Source: an uncultured virus (IMG/VR IMGVR_UViG_3300025865_000001)
Taxonomy: Duplodnaviria; Heunggongvirae; Uroviricota; Caudoviricetes
Virus record (IMG/VR): IMGVR_UViG_3300025865_000001
Reading direction: 5' to 3' (one strand)
Length of the DNA stretch: 64,000 nucleotides
How positions within the stretch are numbered: position 1 is the first letter of the stretch; every line of letters begins with the position of its first letter. The translations under genes were made by a program, and so were the position numbers. Of this stretch, positions 10,301 to 19,176 are shown one piece after another. The notes below the pieces were generated by a model. It worked only from the letters and a program-made list of their open reading frames with translations, did not search any database and had not been told where the DNA came from.

Positions 10301-10383
10301 GTGTGGTTGCTGGAGTGGTTAATCAGCCCTCGCTGTAAACGAGGTGACTTCGGTCTTCGGAAGTTCGAATCTTTCACCGCACA
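10301..10383 (+). tRNA. tRNA-Tyr(GTA)
   Basis: Acceptor GTGTGGT/ACCGCAC, anticodon arm CCTCG-CTGTAAA-CGAGG, long variable arm, T arm GGAAG-TTCGAAT-CTTTC; no encoded CCA. Confidence 0.9.
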
Positions 10384-10387
10384 CAAA

Positions 10388-10797
10388 AGGGAAGTAGGCT
10401 GGCAACCGTAGGGTAATCCTGTAGGCAGGAGATGGTGGTGCAACTCCACGCTAGCTGAAACCCTTCCGTTTGACTTATAATTTTTGGGAGGTCGGGCTAA
10501 AACCCCATCCTTTAAAGAGTATCTCAACGAAACTTAGGCACATGACCATGAAACGTACTAAGCGGATTAATCCGTAAACGGCTAAATAAGCGTGTGGGCT
10601 TGCATAAATAAGTGTGATGGAGTTTCTGAGAAAGTTTCATAGGACAGTGGCTGAGGAGGCAAGCATAAACCAACAGCACTATACCTTAAGGTCGTCTGAT
10701 GAAATTAAAGAGATTTTGGCTGAGAAGCACACCAATTCGATGCCCCTGTTAATTCTCGGAGGCCGTTGACATCCTTCGAGAATTATAGGGGATTTTT
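10388..10797 (+). ncRNA. Putative structured non-coding RNA(s) including a tRNA-like cloverleaf
   Basis: GC-richer stretch without a credible ORF, with several hairpins; cloverleaf at 10397-10456; ends in a long terminator hairpin. Confidence 0.5.
10743..10797 (+). terminator. Long hairpin terminator
   Basis: CCCCTGTTAATTCTCGGAGG / CCTTCGAGAATTATAGGGG followed by ATTTTT. Confidence 0.75.
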
Positions 10798-10842
10798 GTA
10801 CCAAATTGTTACATTCAAAAAGGATAAACAAAGGAGTATACA

Positions 10843-11001
10843 ATGAATGTTAGAGATACCAAAGAGTACAAGGAAATGACACAAAGCCGGATGGGTCAGC
10901 TTACCTACATGGAAGCCGACTCAGAGGTAGAGCAATTGGCATTCTGGCAGTATATTGTAGACACCAGAGCCTACCAATGGTTTGTATATATATTCTTTTA
11001 A
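10843..11001 (+). CDS. Small hypothetical protein (52 aa)
   Basis: Read by hand: AAGGAG RBS, MNVRDTKE... Confidence 0.45.
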   Translation: MNVRDTKEYKEMTQSRMGQLTYMEADSEVEQLAFWQYIVDTRAYQWFVYIFF

Positions 11002-11124
11002 AGATACTGATTAAAGAATAAAGATTAAAGATTAAACTTGCAGGAGTATTTTTATTTGTTTTAACTTGCAATGTGTGATCTTTTATGTTATAATCTTTTT
11101 ATCAAACAATACAAGGAGATAGAA

Positions 11125-11442
11125 ATGAAAAACATTAATCCGAAAAATATGGGACTTAAGTCCTATAAGACCCAAATCAGCGTGGTTGGTAATAAGACCG
11201 AAATTCGTTATCAAGGCAACTTGATCGCCACATATGATAATCGATTTTTGACCATTGATAATTGTGGCTGGAAGTCCAAAACAACCAAAGAACGACTTAA
11301 TATAATTTTGGACTACTACAATATTGATTTTAGTATTATCCAACGTGATTGGAAATGGTATCTCATTAACGACAAAACCAAAACAGGAGAAAGGTTCTTT
11401 GGAACAGCTCGATTTTTAGATGGGAAATTGGTAAGCCCGTAA
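11125..11442 (+). CDS. Hypothetical phage protein
   Basis: AAGGAG RBS, promoter TTGCAA-17-TATAAT (11066-11094), GWKSKTTKERLN motif. Confidence 0.75.
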   Translation: MKNINPKNMGLKSYKTQISVVGNKTEIRYQGNLIATYDNRFLTIDNCGWKSKTTKERLNIILDYYNIDFSIIQRDWKWYLINDKTKTGERFFGTARFLDGKLVSP

Positions 11443-11446
11443 AATA

Positions 11447-11474
11447 GAAAATACCCGAAAGGGTATTTTTTTTT
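11447..11474 (+). terminator. Rho-independent terminator
   Basis: AAAATACCC-GAAA-GGGTATTTT followed by a T-run. Confidence 0.85.
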
Positions 11475-11479
11475 ATTAA

Positions 11480-11702
11480 ATATTTTTGGTTATTAAATAT
11501 TTGTGGTTATCAATTTTTTCTGGTTATTAATTTTGGTTATCAGTTTTTATGGTTATGAATATTTAGTTATCCAATAATCTTGGTTACAAAATATTTATGG
11601 TTAATAATTTTGGTTATGAAATATTTTTGGTTACAAATATAGATTTTTGGTTATCAAATATTTCTGGTTATATTTTTTTGGTTATAAATTTTTGGTTATG
11701 AA
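11480..11702. repeat. About 14 irregularly spaced T-rich TGGTTA(T/C) motifs
   Basis: Directly visible; 2-3 more copies at about 2745-2780. Confidence 0.85.
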
Positions 11703-11877
11703 AAACGATATAAAATTGCATACCTGACTGCAATTTTGGCTTAATTGCATATGCGTGCATATGTAATACACTTGATTTGAGATATATAATCATTATTTAA
11801 TACTTGACAATCATATAGGATTAGAGTATAATGATTGAAACATTGAGCACCATCACAACGATAAGGAACAACAAAAA

Positions 11878-12144
11878 ATGATTAATAGAATCTTACACTT
11901 TTCAGCCAAAAATTGTCCAACAAGTTGGGTGGTTGTCAAATGGCTTTTAACTGATAAGGCACTGAATAAGATGATGCGGAAATATCTGGAGAAAAACAGT
12001 TATCCATGTTATTATGATTTTTTGATGGACTACGAATTAGAGGGGATTTTAACACCAGATGACCAATTATTTGATGCAGCAGGAATTAACTTTGATGAAA
12101 TCGATGATATGTTTGAATCAATAAAAAGGATTTTACATCTATAA
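11878..12144 (+). CDS. Hypothetical protein
   Basis: 88 aa, own TTGACA-17-TATAAT promoter (11804-11832), AAGGA RBS. Confidence 0.65.
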   Translation: MINRILHFSAKNCPTSWVVVKWLLTDKALNKMMRKYLEKNSYPCYYDFLMDYELEGILTPDDQLFDAAGINFDEIDDMFESIKRILHL

Positions 12145-12571
12145 AATGCCCCTTTTATCTTGTTTTTTGCTCGTTTTGGGGCTTATTTCATGGATATTTG
12201 CTGGAATAAATAAATAACATTTAATTCAAAATAATACGTCTGGGCTAAGATTGCTGATGTATTTTTTTGTGCTAAATTATAATATGATTTGGATTTATAT
12301 ATTCTTATCTGTTTGGGCAAAAATTCCACGTGATCCAGAAATAATTTTGTGTTATAGCATTTATTTTAAGATAATCCAATTTTGCTTGGGTGTTATAGCG
12401 GATTCCTGTACAAATTTATTTGTTATATGCAAAGGTTCGTTGAATCCAGAACAGAACCGGTGTTATACGCGGAGTTCGATACTTTCACTGATGTTATATG
12501 AAACTTTTGGGAGTCCCTACAGCTTGCGGTGTTAAGTATACGTAATTCCTGATAATTGAAGTATACCACAT

Positions 12572-12736
12572 TGGCACGAATCTTGCAAGGTTTGGCACGA
12601 TTCTTGTACAACACGGGCCCGTGAAAAATTTTATATCATATATCTTATTTGGCACGATTCTTGCAACGATCTCAGATCTGAAATCCTGGCACGATTCTTG
12701 CAACGCAGCTGGCCGCCTGGTGGCACGATTCTTGCA
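12572..12736 (+). promoter_or_regulatory. Five direct repeats matching the sigma54 -24/-12 consensus
   Basis: TGGCACG-A(A/T)TC-TTG(C/T)A at 12572, 12593, 12650, 12687 and 12721; four are perfect. Confidence 0.7.
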
Positions 12737-12871
12737 ACCAACAGCCACCTGGGAAATAATTAATATATAAATAGTATTAATTCAATTAAGATAATAATTG
12801 TCATATATGAACCAGTCAGATAATATATCAATTAATATAAATTTAGTCGTGTATTAGGCCATACCAAGACA

Positions 12872-13195
12872 AATTAATTTTAATTATTATGATAATTATT
12901 AAACTTATTAAAAAAATCAGGATCAGGAAATTAATTTTAATTATTATTATAATTATTAATAATATTAAAAATATCAGATCCGTGATTAATTTTAATAATT
13001 ATGATATTTATTAATAATATTAAAAAATTTCAGGATCAGGAAATTAATTTTAATAATTATGATATTTATTAATAATATTAAAGTTTTAAAGCAGCCATTA
13101 TTTTAATTATTATAATATTTATTAAAAGAATGTAATTATTTTAGGATCAGATTATTTTAATTATTATTATATTTATTAATAATATTAAAATCTTG
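12872..13195. repeat. Six tandem ~55-bp extremely AT-rich units
   Basis: ATTAATTTTAATAATTATGATATTTATTAATAATATTAAAA-like core, often followed by a GATC-containing linker; partial copies near 13393 and 13497. Confidence 0.85.
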
Positions 13196-13546
13196 ATTCT
13201 CCATCGAGGAAGATTTATAAAATTATCAAATTTCAACGAGCAAATCGCCCAAATTCAATAAAATTTTACAATAATGAGTCGTTATATCACTTAACAGAGA
13301 ATCGCGATTTTAAGCCTATTTTAAGCCACCTGGAGGGTTTTAGCCTATTCTATCATTATAAGTAGACTAATTAAACCATTTAAAACCAATGTATTTTATA
13401 TTATTATGATATTTATTAAAATAATAATAGAAAAGTAGCCAGGGAGTATATATATCAATTAATATAAATTTAGTCATGTATCACCTGGACCGCAAATATT
13501 TTATATTATTATGATAATTATTAAATTAAGGCCTCCGCTGGAGGCT

Positions 13547-13646
13547 GAACACTGGTAAACCTCGAACACTGGTAAACCTCGAACACTGGTAAACCTCGAA
13601 CACTGGTAAACCTCGAACACTGGTAAACCTCGAACACTGGTAAACC
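13547..13646. repeat. Perfect 17-bp tandem repeat, about 5.9 copies
   Basis: GAACACTGGTAAACCTC x5 plus a 15-bp partial copy, no spacers. Confidence 0.95.
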
Positions 13647-13773
13647 GCTTAAAACCGTTAAAATATCAACGAGGAAAAAACATTATACAACGAGGGAAAA
13701 AGACCTTGACTCTGTTATAATTATGTATTGACGGAATCCTCCGCCAAACCGCTTCAAGAAAGGAAGCCAAAAA

Positions 13774-14037
13774 ATGAAAGCCCAAATGTTTGCAGTGAAA
13801 AATTTTATCAGTGAAGAAATTGTACCGATCCCCGTCGAGGCAAACCGCCGATCCTTCGGAATGCCCTCCACCGCAGAAACAACCCCGCTTGAAATAATCG
13901 AACCGCTTGAAGACCAGATGGTAATACTCTCCGCGGAACTTGAAAAATTATCTTCCCAATGGCAAATTTTAGACGCCAAACGCCACTATGAACTAATTAT
14001 GAACTTCAAATCCCACCTACTAAACCAGAACTATTAA
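13774..14037 (+). CDS. Hypothetical protein
   Basis: AAGGAAG RBS; extended -10 TGTTATAAT at 13713. Confidence 0.65.
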   Translation: MKAQMFAVKNFISEEIVPIPVEANRRSFGMPSTAETTPLEIIEPLEDQMVILSAELEKLSSQWQILDAKRHYELIMNFKSHLLNQNY

Positions 14038-14058
14038 ACCAGAAAAGAGACAAAAAAC

Positions 14059-14721
14059 ATGGAGAACCAAGCATTAAAGACGTTATCAAGTATCAAGGTT
14101 TGGAACATCGAGGTAAGCGATTATCAGGTAAGAATCGCCCTCTCCAATGCCACTAATATTTTAATCACCATGGAGGCAGAATGCTCCGAAGATTTGTATT
14201 TTAAGACCGACGACGATTTAAGACCAAGCGGTAAAGGAAGACTAATTGACATTGAACTAAGTGAAGGAAGCCGATCCTATAAAGACGAAGACGAAGACGA
14301 AGACGATTTTAATGAATCCAACCGAAATATTTTAGACTCCGCCTTCCTCCGAATAATCACCGACGAAGAGACGTTCACAATTTGCGCTTATAACGCCCAT
14401 AATGGATATTATGAAGGTTTTAAAATCCACTGCGCAATCGAACATTTGACGCTGGAGGCATGGAGGCAAATTAATGATCCAACCCCAGAAACCGCCGACC
14501 CCGACCAATTAACGCCAAGTGAAACCAGCCTATTAACCGAAGCTTGCTTAATGGCAAAAGAGATTACAAGAAACACATCAACCCCTACCATCCTTGAGAT
14601 TAAGACCAGTAAAGAAGATGGTTTAATATCAAAAATTTTAGTACACCCAAGCGAATCGGTTTTAGACCTTAATAATATCCAGCGCCACCAAAGACTCATG
14701 AAGTATTATGATGAAAGGTAA
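14059..14721 (+). CDS. Hypothetical acidic protein
   Basis: 220-aa ORF with YNAHNGYY motif. Confidence 0.7.
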   Translation: MENQALKTLSSIKVWNIEVSDYQVRIALSNATNILITMEAECSEDLYFKTDDDLRPSGKGRLIDIELSEGSRSYKDEDEDEDDFNESNRNILDSAFLRIITDEETFTICAYNAHNGYYEGFKIHCAIEHLTLEAWRQINDPTPETADPDQLTPSETSLLTEACLMAKEITRNTSTPTILEIKTSKEDGLISKILVHPSESVLDLNNIQRHQRLMKYYDER

Positions 14722-14725
14722 AAAC

Positions 14726-16243
14726 ATGGAAACCCAAATTTTGAAGACTCAGGAAATATCAGGAAAAACTGGAGCGTATAATTTTATCGAACCAGAGCCA
14801 ACCGTTGATTATTTGACCGAAAAAATTGTAATGGCAATCCGCGAAAGTATTTTAGACTCCGATGTATTGAACTATTATGCACTCCGAGACCTGATTAAAA
14901 TCACCGGAATCACCGATGAAGAAGGTAAACCCAAGTTCTTCAAGCGTTTGCAAAAAGCCTATAAAGCCTCCACTGGAAATAAGCTTCCAGAGGAATTTGG
15001 AGGAATCGTTGGAAACGCCTATAAACAAGCCACCACGAGAGTCACCGTCCCACTATGGTATCAAGTTGAGAACGATATCCAGAACATCGGAGGAGGCTTC
15101 GGCAATAATGGGAGCTGTTGGTTTGGCTATGATGCATGTTATTGTCACGCTCCAAGAATTTTAGAAGGAAGTGATGGAGTCGGAATCCTAATTTATAACA
15201 ATCAGCGCCAAGACCATGAAGACGGAATCGGAAGAATTTGGGGTGTAAACACTCCGGAAGGTATCGCTTATTTTAACCCGTATATTGACTTATACGGAAG
15301 CGGAATCAGCAGAAACAAAGTAGACGACATTAAATGGGAGATATTCCAAGACCTAATAGCAACCGAATTAATGAGTCTCAAAAAAACCGCAAGAGACGAA
15401 TATCAAAACCTTGACGGCAAAAAATTTGTGGTTATGGAAACCAACCTCGATGGGAGCCGTATATATGTAAACAATAATCGAGGAGCGATTATCACCGACA
15501 AGCCCGAAGAAGTATCAAGCTGTTATCACCCATTCGAAGACTCCGATTATTCATATCTCACTTGCCAGCAGTGCGGAAAAGATGTAGATGAAGATGAAGC
15601 CGTATATAATGAAGACGGAGAACCTTATTGCGAATCATGCTACGAAGAAATCTTCGAACACTGCGAACACTGCGAGACGGAGATAATTAAACGATATGCC
15701 AACCAGACTGAAGAAGGCTTCATTTGTGAAGATTGTACCAGCGAGCATTATACGCAATGCTCCGAATGCAATGTATTTTACAAGAATGAAGACATCGAAG
15801 AGACCTCCAGCGGAGAAGCCGTTTGTCCAACATGCCAAGAAAGATACTTCTATACATGCGAAGAATGCGGAGCAATTGAAAGAAACACGAAGGCTAATAT
15901 AATCCAACATGCCAACTATACAGACTCGGTTTGTGATGAATGCCTTGAAGAGTACACAACCGAAGAAGAAAAATTAACCTTAATAGCTGGAGTAATCTCC
16001 AAGATAATTGAAGACCAAAAGACCTCCAATTATAAAATGAATATCAGATTTGAAGGAAGCTTCCAGACAATTGACCGAAGCGGAAAATATTATAAAGACC
16101 AAGATATAACCGACATAATCGAAAACTGGAGAAGGAACAATCGAGAAGTAGAAGTTATCAGCATAACCAAAGGTTTTAAAATCATAACTGATAAATTTAT
16201 AAGAGACCCAAACTGGAGGCTAATAGAAGTTGAAGTAAACTAA
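14726..16243 (+). CDS. Hypothetical protein with tandem CxxC zinc-ribbon repeats
   Basis: About 8 CxxC pairs in the C-terminal half; start METQ (alternative 14708). Confidence 0.75.
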   Translation: METQILKTQEISGKTGAYNFIEPEPTVDYLTEKIVMAIRESILDSDVLNYYALRDLIKITGITDEEGKPKFFKRLQKAYKASTGNKLPEEFGGIVGNAYKQATTRVTVPLWYQVENDIQNIGGGFGNNGSCWFGYDACYCHAPRILEGSDGVGILIYNNQRQDHEDGIGRIWGVNTPEGIAYFNPYIDLYGSGISRNKVDDIKWEIFQDLIATELMSLKKTARDEYQNLDGKKFVVMETNLDGSRIYVNNNRGAIITDKPEEVSSCYHPFEDSDYSYLTCQQCGKDVDEDEAVYNEDGEPYCESCYEEIFEHCEHCETEIIKRYANQTEEGFICEDCTSEHYTQCSECNVFYKNEDIEETSSGEAVCPTCQERYFYTCEECGAIERNTKANIIQHANYTDSVCDECLEEYTTEEEKLTLIAGVISKIIEDQKTSNYKMNIRFEGSFQTIDRSGKYYKDQDITDIIENWRRNNREVEVISITKGFKIITDKFIRDPNWRLIEVEVN

Positions 16244-16261
16244 ACTTAAACCACTGTTATA

Positions 16262-16292
16262 CCAGCTGGAGGATTTTACCGCCTCCAGCTGT
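16262..16292 (+). terminator. Hairpin / probable terminator
   Basis: CAGCTGGAGG..CCTCCAGCTG inverted repeat just after the stop codon. Confidence 0.6.
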
Positions 16293-16795
16293 TATGCTTT
16301 AAAAAAGTGAGGCACCAGAGTCAGCGCGTTAAATTGTATTTTAGCTGATTAGAATTTTAAAACGCTTGAATTTTAACGCTTTAATCAGCCAACGAATTTT
16401 AACGAACCTTGCCAGCTTATACCGCCCCACCTTGCCATAATACTATATTATAGCAAGAAAAAACGCCAATACCCCCATTTTACACGCCAAAACCCACCAA
16501 AAAATCCGCGCCCAATAAAGCACATTTATTCACCCAATACCAATTTTTCAAATCCAAAACCCAATCAAAACTTTTTTTAATTTTTTTATCTTTTTTATCA
16601 TATTTATCATATAAACTACTTCCTTATTTTACACGAACTCTACTGATACCCTTTTGACACCATCCCCCACAAATCCCCACTTCTATACACTAATTTTCCA
16701 GGATATACCTTGCACCTTTCTTTAAGCATCCTAATCGCTTTTGTGATATAATAGCCATGTTTTCAACATGCAATCACATATTTTATTTTTACTAC

Positions 16796-16824
16796 TTGAC
16801 AACCCCTAAAATCTCTGCTATAAT
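16796..16824 (+). promoter_or_regulatory. Consensus sigma70 promoter for paralog array block 1
   Basis: TTGACA-17-TATAAT with TG extension. Confidence 0.9.
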
Positions 16825-16844
16825 CTACCCATAAGGATAGAATA

Positions 16845-17069
16845 ATGAGAAATGAAATTATAGAAAAAAATGAGACCGTCATAATGAAAGGTGCAGGTAC
16901 TACTATGACCAATAGCTATCGTGGAATGTATGCCCGTTTAATAGCACCATTCAGTTCTCAATTTGCAGGTGTAATAGATGGCAAACGTATTGTTTTTCAA
17001 ACATGGGAAATTCTGTTGAGCACCGGTGAGAAAACTCTTGCACGTATGATTACTACATGGTTGGATTAG
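16845..17069 (+). CDS. RNEILE-family small protein 1
   Basis: MRNEIIE...QTWE. Confidence 0.85.
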   Translation: MRNEIIEKNETVIMKGAGTTMTNSYRGMYARLIAPFSSQFAGVIDGKRIVFQTWEILLSTGEKTLARMITTWLD

Positions 17070-17070
17070 A

Positions 17071-17307
17071 ATGATAATACGAAACGAAATTCTAGAACCC
17101 AATCAAGTAATCTTTCTGAAATCTCCATATACCTGTACACCTTATAACAGGAATCATGCTGGAGAATGTGTAACCTTAATAGCCCCGCTTACTACTCGGA
17201 TAGACACCCTTGCTGATGGGTTAGCTCAAGTTCAAACCTGGGAAGTCAGATTGGCTAATGGAAGAGAAATTCTTGCCCGTTTGGTTCATTGGTTAGATAA
17301 GGACTAG
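17071..17307 (+). CDS. RNEILE-family small protein 2
   Basis: RNEILEPNQ...QTWE. Confidence 0.85.
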   Translation: MIIRNEILEPNQVIFLKSPYTCTPYNRNHAGECVTLIAPLTTRIDTLADGLAQVQTWEVRLANGREILARLVHWLDKD

Positions 17308-17535
17308 ATGAGAAATGAAATCATAGAGGCTAATCAATCTATCTTATTAAAAATTCCAATTACCAGCACATCATATAATAACGATGGACAATGTGTTATC
17401 TTAATAGCCCCATACAGTGCTATTATGTCAGATTTCTTACATGGTGAGCGAGTTCATATTCAGACATGGGAAGTACGACTACCTGATGGCAAGAAGACAA
17501 TTGCCCGAATAATAGATTGGTTAGGAAAGAGTTAG
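17308..17535 (+). CDS. RNEILE-family small protein 3
   Basis: MRNEIIEANQ...QTWE. Confidence 0.85.
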   Translation: MRNEIIEANQSILLKIPITSTSYNNDGQCVILIAPYSAIMSDFLHGERVHIQTWEVRLPDGKKTIARIIDWLGKS

Positions 17536-17536
17536 T

Positions 17537-17761
17537 ATGAGAAACGAATTATTTGAACCCAATGAAGTCATATTCCTTGAATATTTAAAAAATTCTGCAA
17601 CTTCATGTTTTGCTAATCAAACTGTTATCTTAAGAGAGTCAGTTAGTCCAATTGTTGCTGACAAATTGAATGGCAACCTTATCTTTCGTCAGGGATGGAT
17701 AGTAACACTTCCTGATGGTAAAATGGCTGGAGTTAGGCTTATCAAAGAAAGAACAGCATAG
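17537..17761 (+). CDS. RNEILE-family small protein 4
   Basis: MRNELFEPNE. Confidence 0.85.
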   Translation: MRNELFEPNEVIFLEYLKNSATSCFANQTVILRESVSPIVADKLNGNLIFRQGWIVTLPDGKMAGVRLIKERTA

Positions 17762-17765
17762 CACA

Positions 17766-17972
17766 GTGAGAAACGAAATATTTGAGCCGAATCAAACTGT
17801 TCTTGTAAAGATATTTTCAATCACGAATATCGTTCCAAGAAATGTTCACTCAGCAATACTCATAAAACCTATGAGAAATGTATGTCATAGTATCATTGGT
17901 AATTATCAAGATTGGAATATGCAATTAGATAATGGTATAATTACAATAATGAGAATGATAGTAGATAAATAA
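17766..17972 (+). CDS. RNEILE-family small protein 5
   Basis: GTG start, RNEIFEPNQ. Confidence 0.8.
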   Translation: MRNEIFEPNQTVLVKIFSITNIVPRNVHSAILIKPMRNVCHSIIGNYQDWNMQLDNGIITIMRMIVDK

Positions 17973-17974
17973 CA

Positions 17975-18238
17975 ATGCCAAATTGTCTCGATAAGAAAAG
18001 AAACGAAATTATAGCTCAAGGAGAATATTACCCGAACTTTGAACGTTATGGTATTCATAGCGATAAAATAATAAATCTTGTCAAATTGGAAAGGTTAGAC
18101 AGAGGTTCTCCGAGTACCTATAAATATGACAATTCAGATTTTGTCCATTACTCTTGGTGGCAAGTTATTTATTCAAATGGTTATAATGGTTCAATACCTG
18201 TTGTAGATATTATTGACATAGAAAGAATAGAGGACTGA
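17975..18238 (+). CDS. RNEILE-family small protein 6
   Basis: RNEIIAQGE. Confidence 0.8.
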   Translation: MPNCLDKKRNEIIAQGEYYPNFERYGIHSDKIINLVKLERLDRGSPSTYKYDNSDFVHYSWWQVIYSNGYNGSIPVVDIIDIERIED

Positions 18239-18239
18239 A

Positions 18240-18530
18240 ATGTTATACAATGAAATATGTGAGGTTGGACAACTGGTTGCTTTATTCGATAGTTCTATCT
18301 CTAACAGAGACTTCAAACGTCTTGTTCTATTAGTCAAACCAACAGGTGATACCTTTATGCATATATACAATGGTGATAATTATAAACTTCAAGAATGGCG
18401 GTATACTAATCCTGATGGTAGTACTGGACATACTTATCTTAGTTTGGGCAAAGTAAAACCACTACGTTTTGAATATGCGCCATCTGCTGCCCTTATGAGT
18501 GATTATACTTATGCATTTACATCAGCATAA
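18240..18530 (+). CDS. RNEILE-family small protein 7
   Basis: NEICEVGQ...LVLLVKP. Confidence 0.85.
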   Translation: MLYNEICEVGQLVALFDSSISNRDFKRLVLLVKPTGDTFMHIYNGDNYKLQEWRYTNPDGSTGHTYLSLGKVKPLRFEYAPSAALMSDYTYAFTSA

Positions 18531-18559
18531 TCATATTGAATTAATAAGGATTGATAACA

Positions 18560-18850
18560 ATGCAAAATGAAATATTCGAGTCTGGACAATATGTGCGTAT
18601 GTTTGCAGTTATTCTTACACAGCAGGAATTTGAACAAGTAGTTTTACTAGTTAGTCCAGATGCGCCCTCATATATACATCGTGCTTATCCAAACATATCT
18701 TATGATGTTCAAGTATGGAATTATAAGAATTTACATACTGGTAAAATGCACCACACATTATTCTGTTTAGGAAGACACCTTGATACTGTTCAAGTTCATG
18801 TCAATTCAAGTAATAGTTCAACATCTTACACCTTTCACTATCCTACCTAA
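18560..18850 (+). CDS. RNEILE-family small protein 8
   Basis: MQNEIFESGQ. Confidence 0.85.
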   Translation: MQNEIFESGQYVRMFAVILTQQEFEQVVLLVSPDAPSYIHRAYPNISYDVQVWNYKNLHTGKMHHTLFCLGRHLDTVQVHVNSSNSSTSYTFHYPT

Positions 18851-18876
18851 TCATATCGAATCGATAAGAGTCAAAT

Positions 18877-19176
18877 ATGCTTCATAATGAAATCTTAGAA
18901 TCTGGACAATACGTAAGTCTCTTTAATGATATTTTATTAGCAAAAGATTTTCAGAGACTCGTTCTCTTAGTAAAACCTGTAAGTACGGTTTTTATACATC
19001 ATTATGGTTCATTAGATTATCGTCTTCAAGAATGGTCATGTGATGAAGTACAACCTTATCACAGCAGATACTTTTTTTGTATAGGTCAAGTAGAACCAAC
19101 AATAGTATATACACCCCATATCACATATACAACGAACACTACTAATGTTCCTTTCACTTGGGACATTCGTGCTTAA
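18877..19176 (+). CDS. RNEILE-family small protein 9
   Basis: MLHNEILESGQ...LVLLVKP. Confidence 0.85.
   Translation: MLHNEILESGQYVSLFNDILLAKDFQRLVLLVKPVSTVFIHHYGSLDYRLQEWSCDEVQPYHSRYFFCIGQVEPTIVYTPHITYTTNTTNVPFTWDIRA

Noticed and set aside
10690..10730. Hammerhead ribozyme from the CTGATGA motif
   Set aside because: Could not build the three stems with a correctly placed GAAA
12251..12748. ORFs 12251-12535, 12423-12614, 12494-12748, also 10159-10527 and the many antisense ORFs in the track
   Set aside because: No RBS, and they overlap repeats, the tRNA or better-supported genes on the other strand
13547..13646. CRISPR array
   Set aside because: Head-to-tail repeats with no spacers and no cas genes in the window
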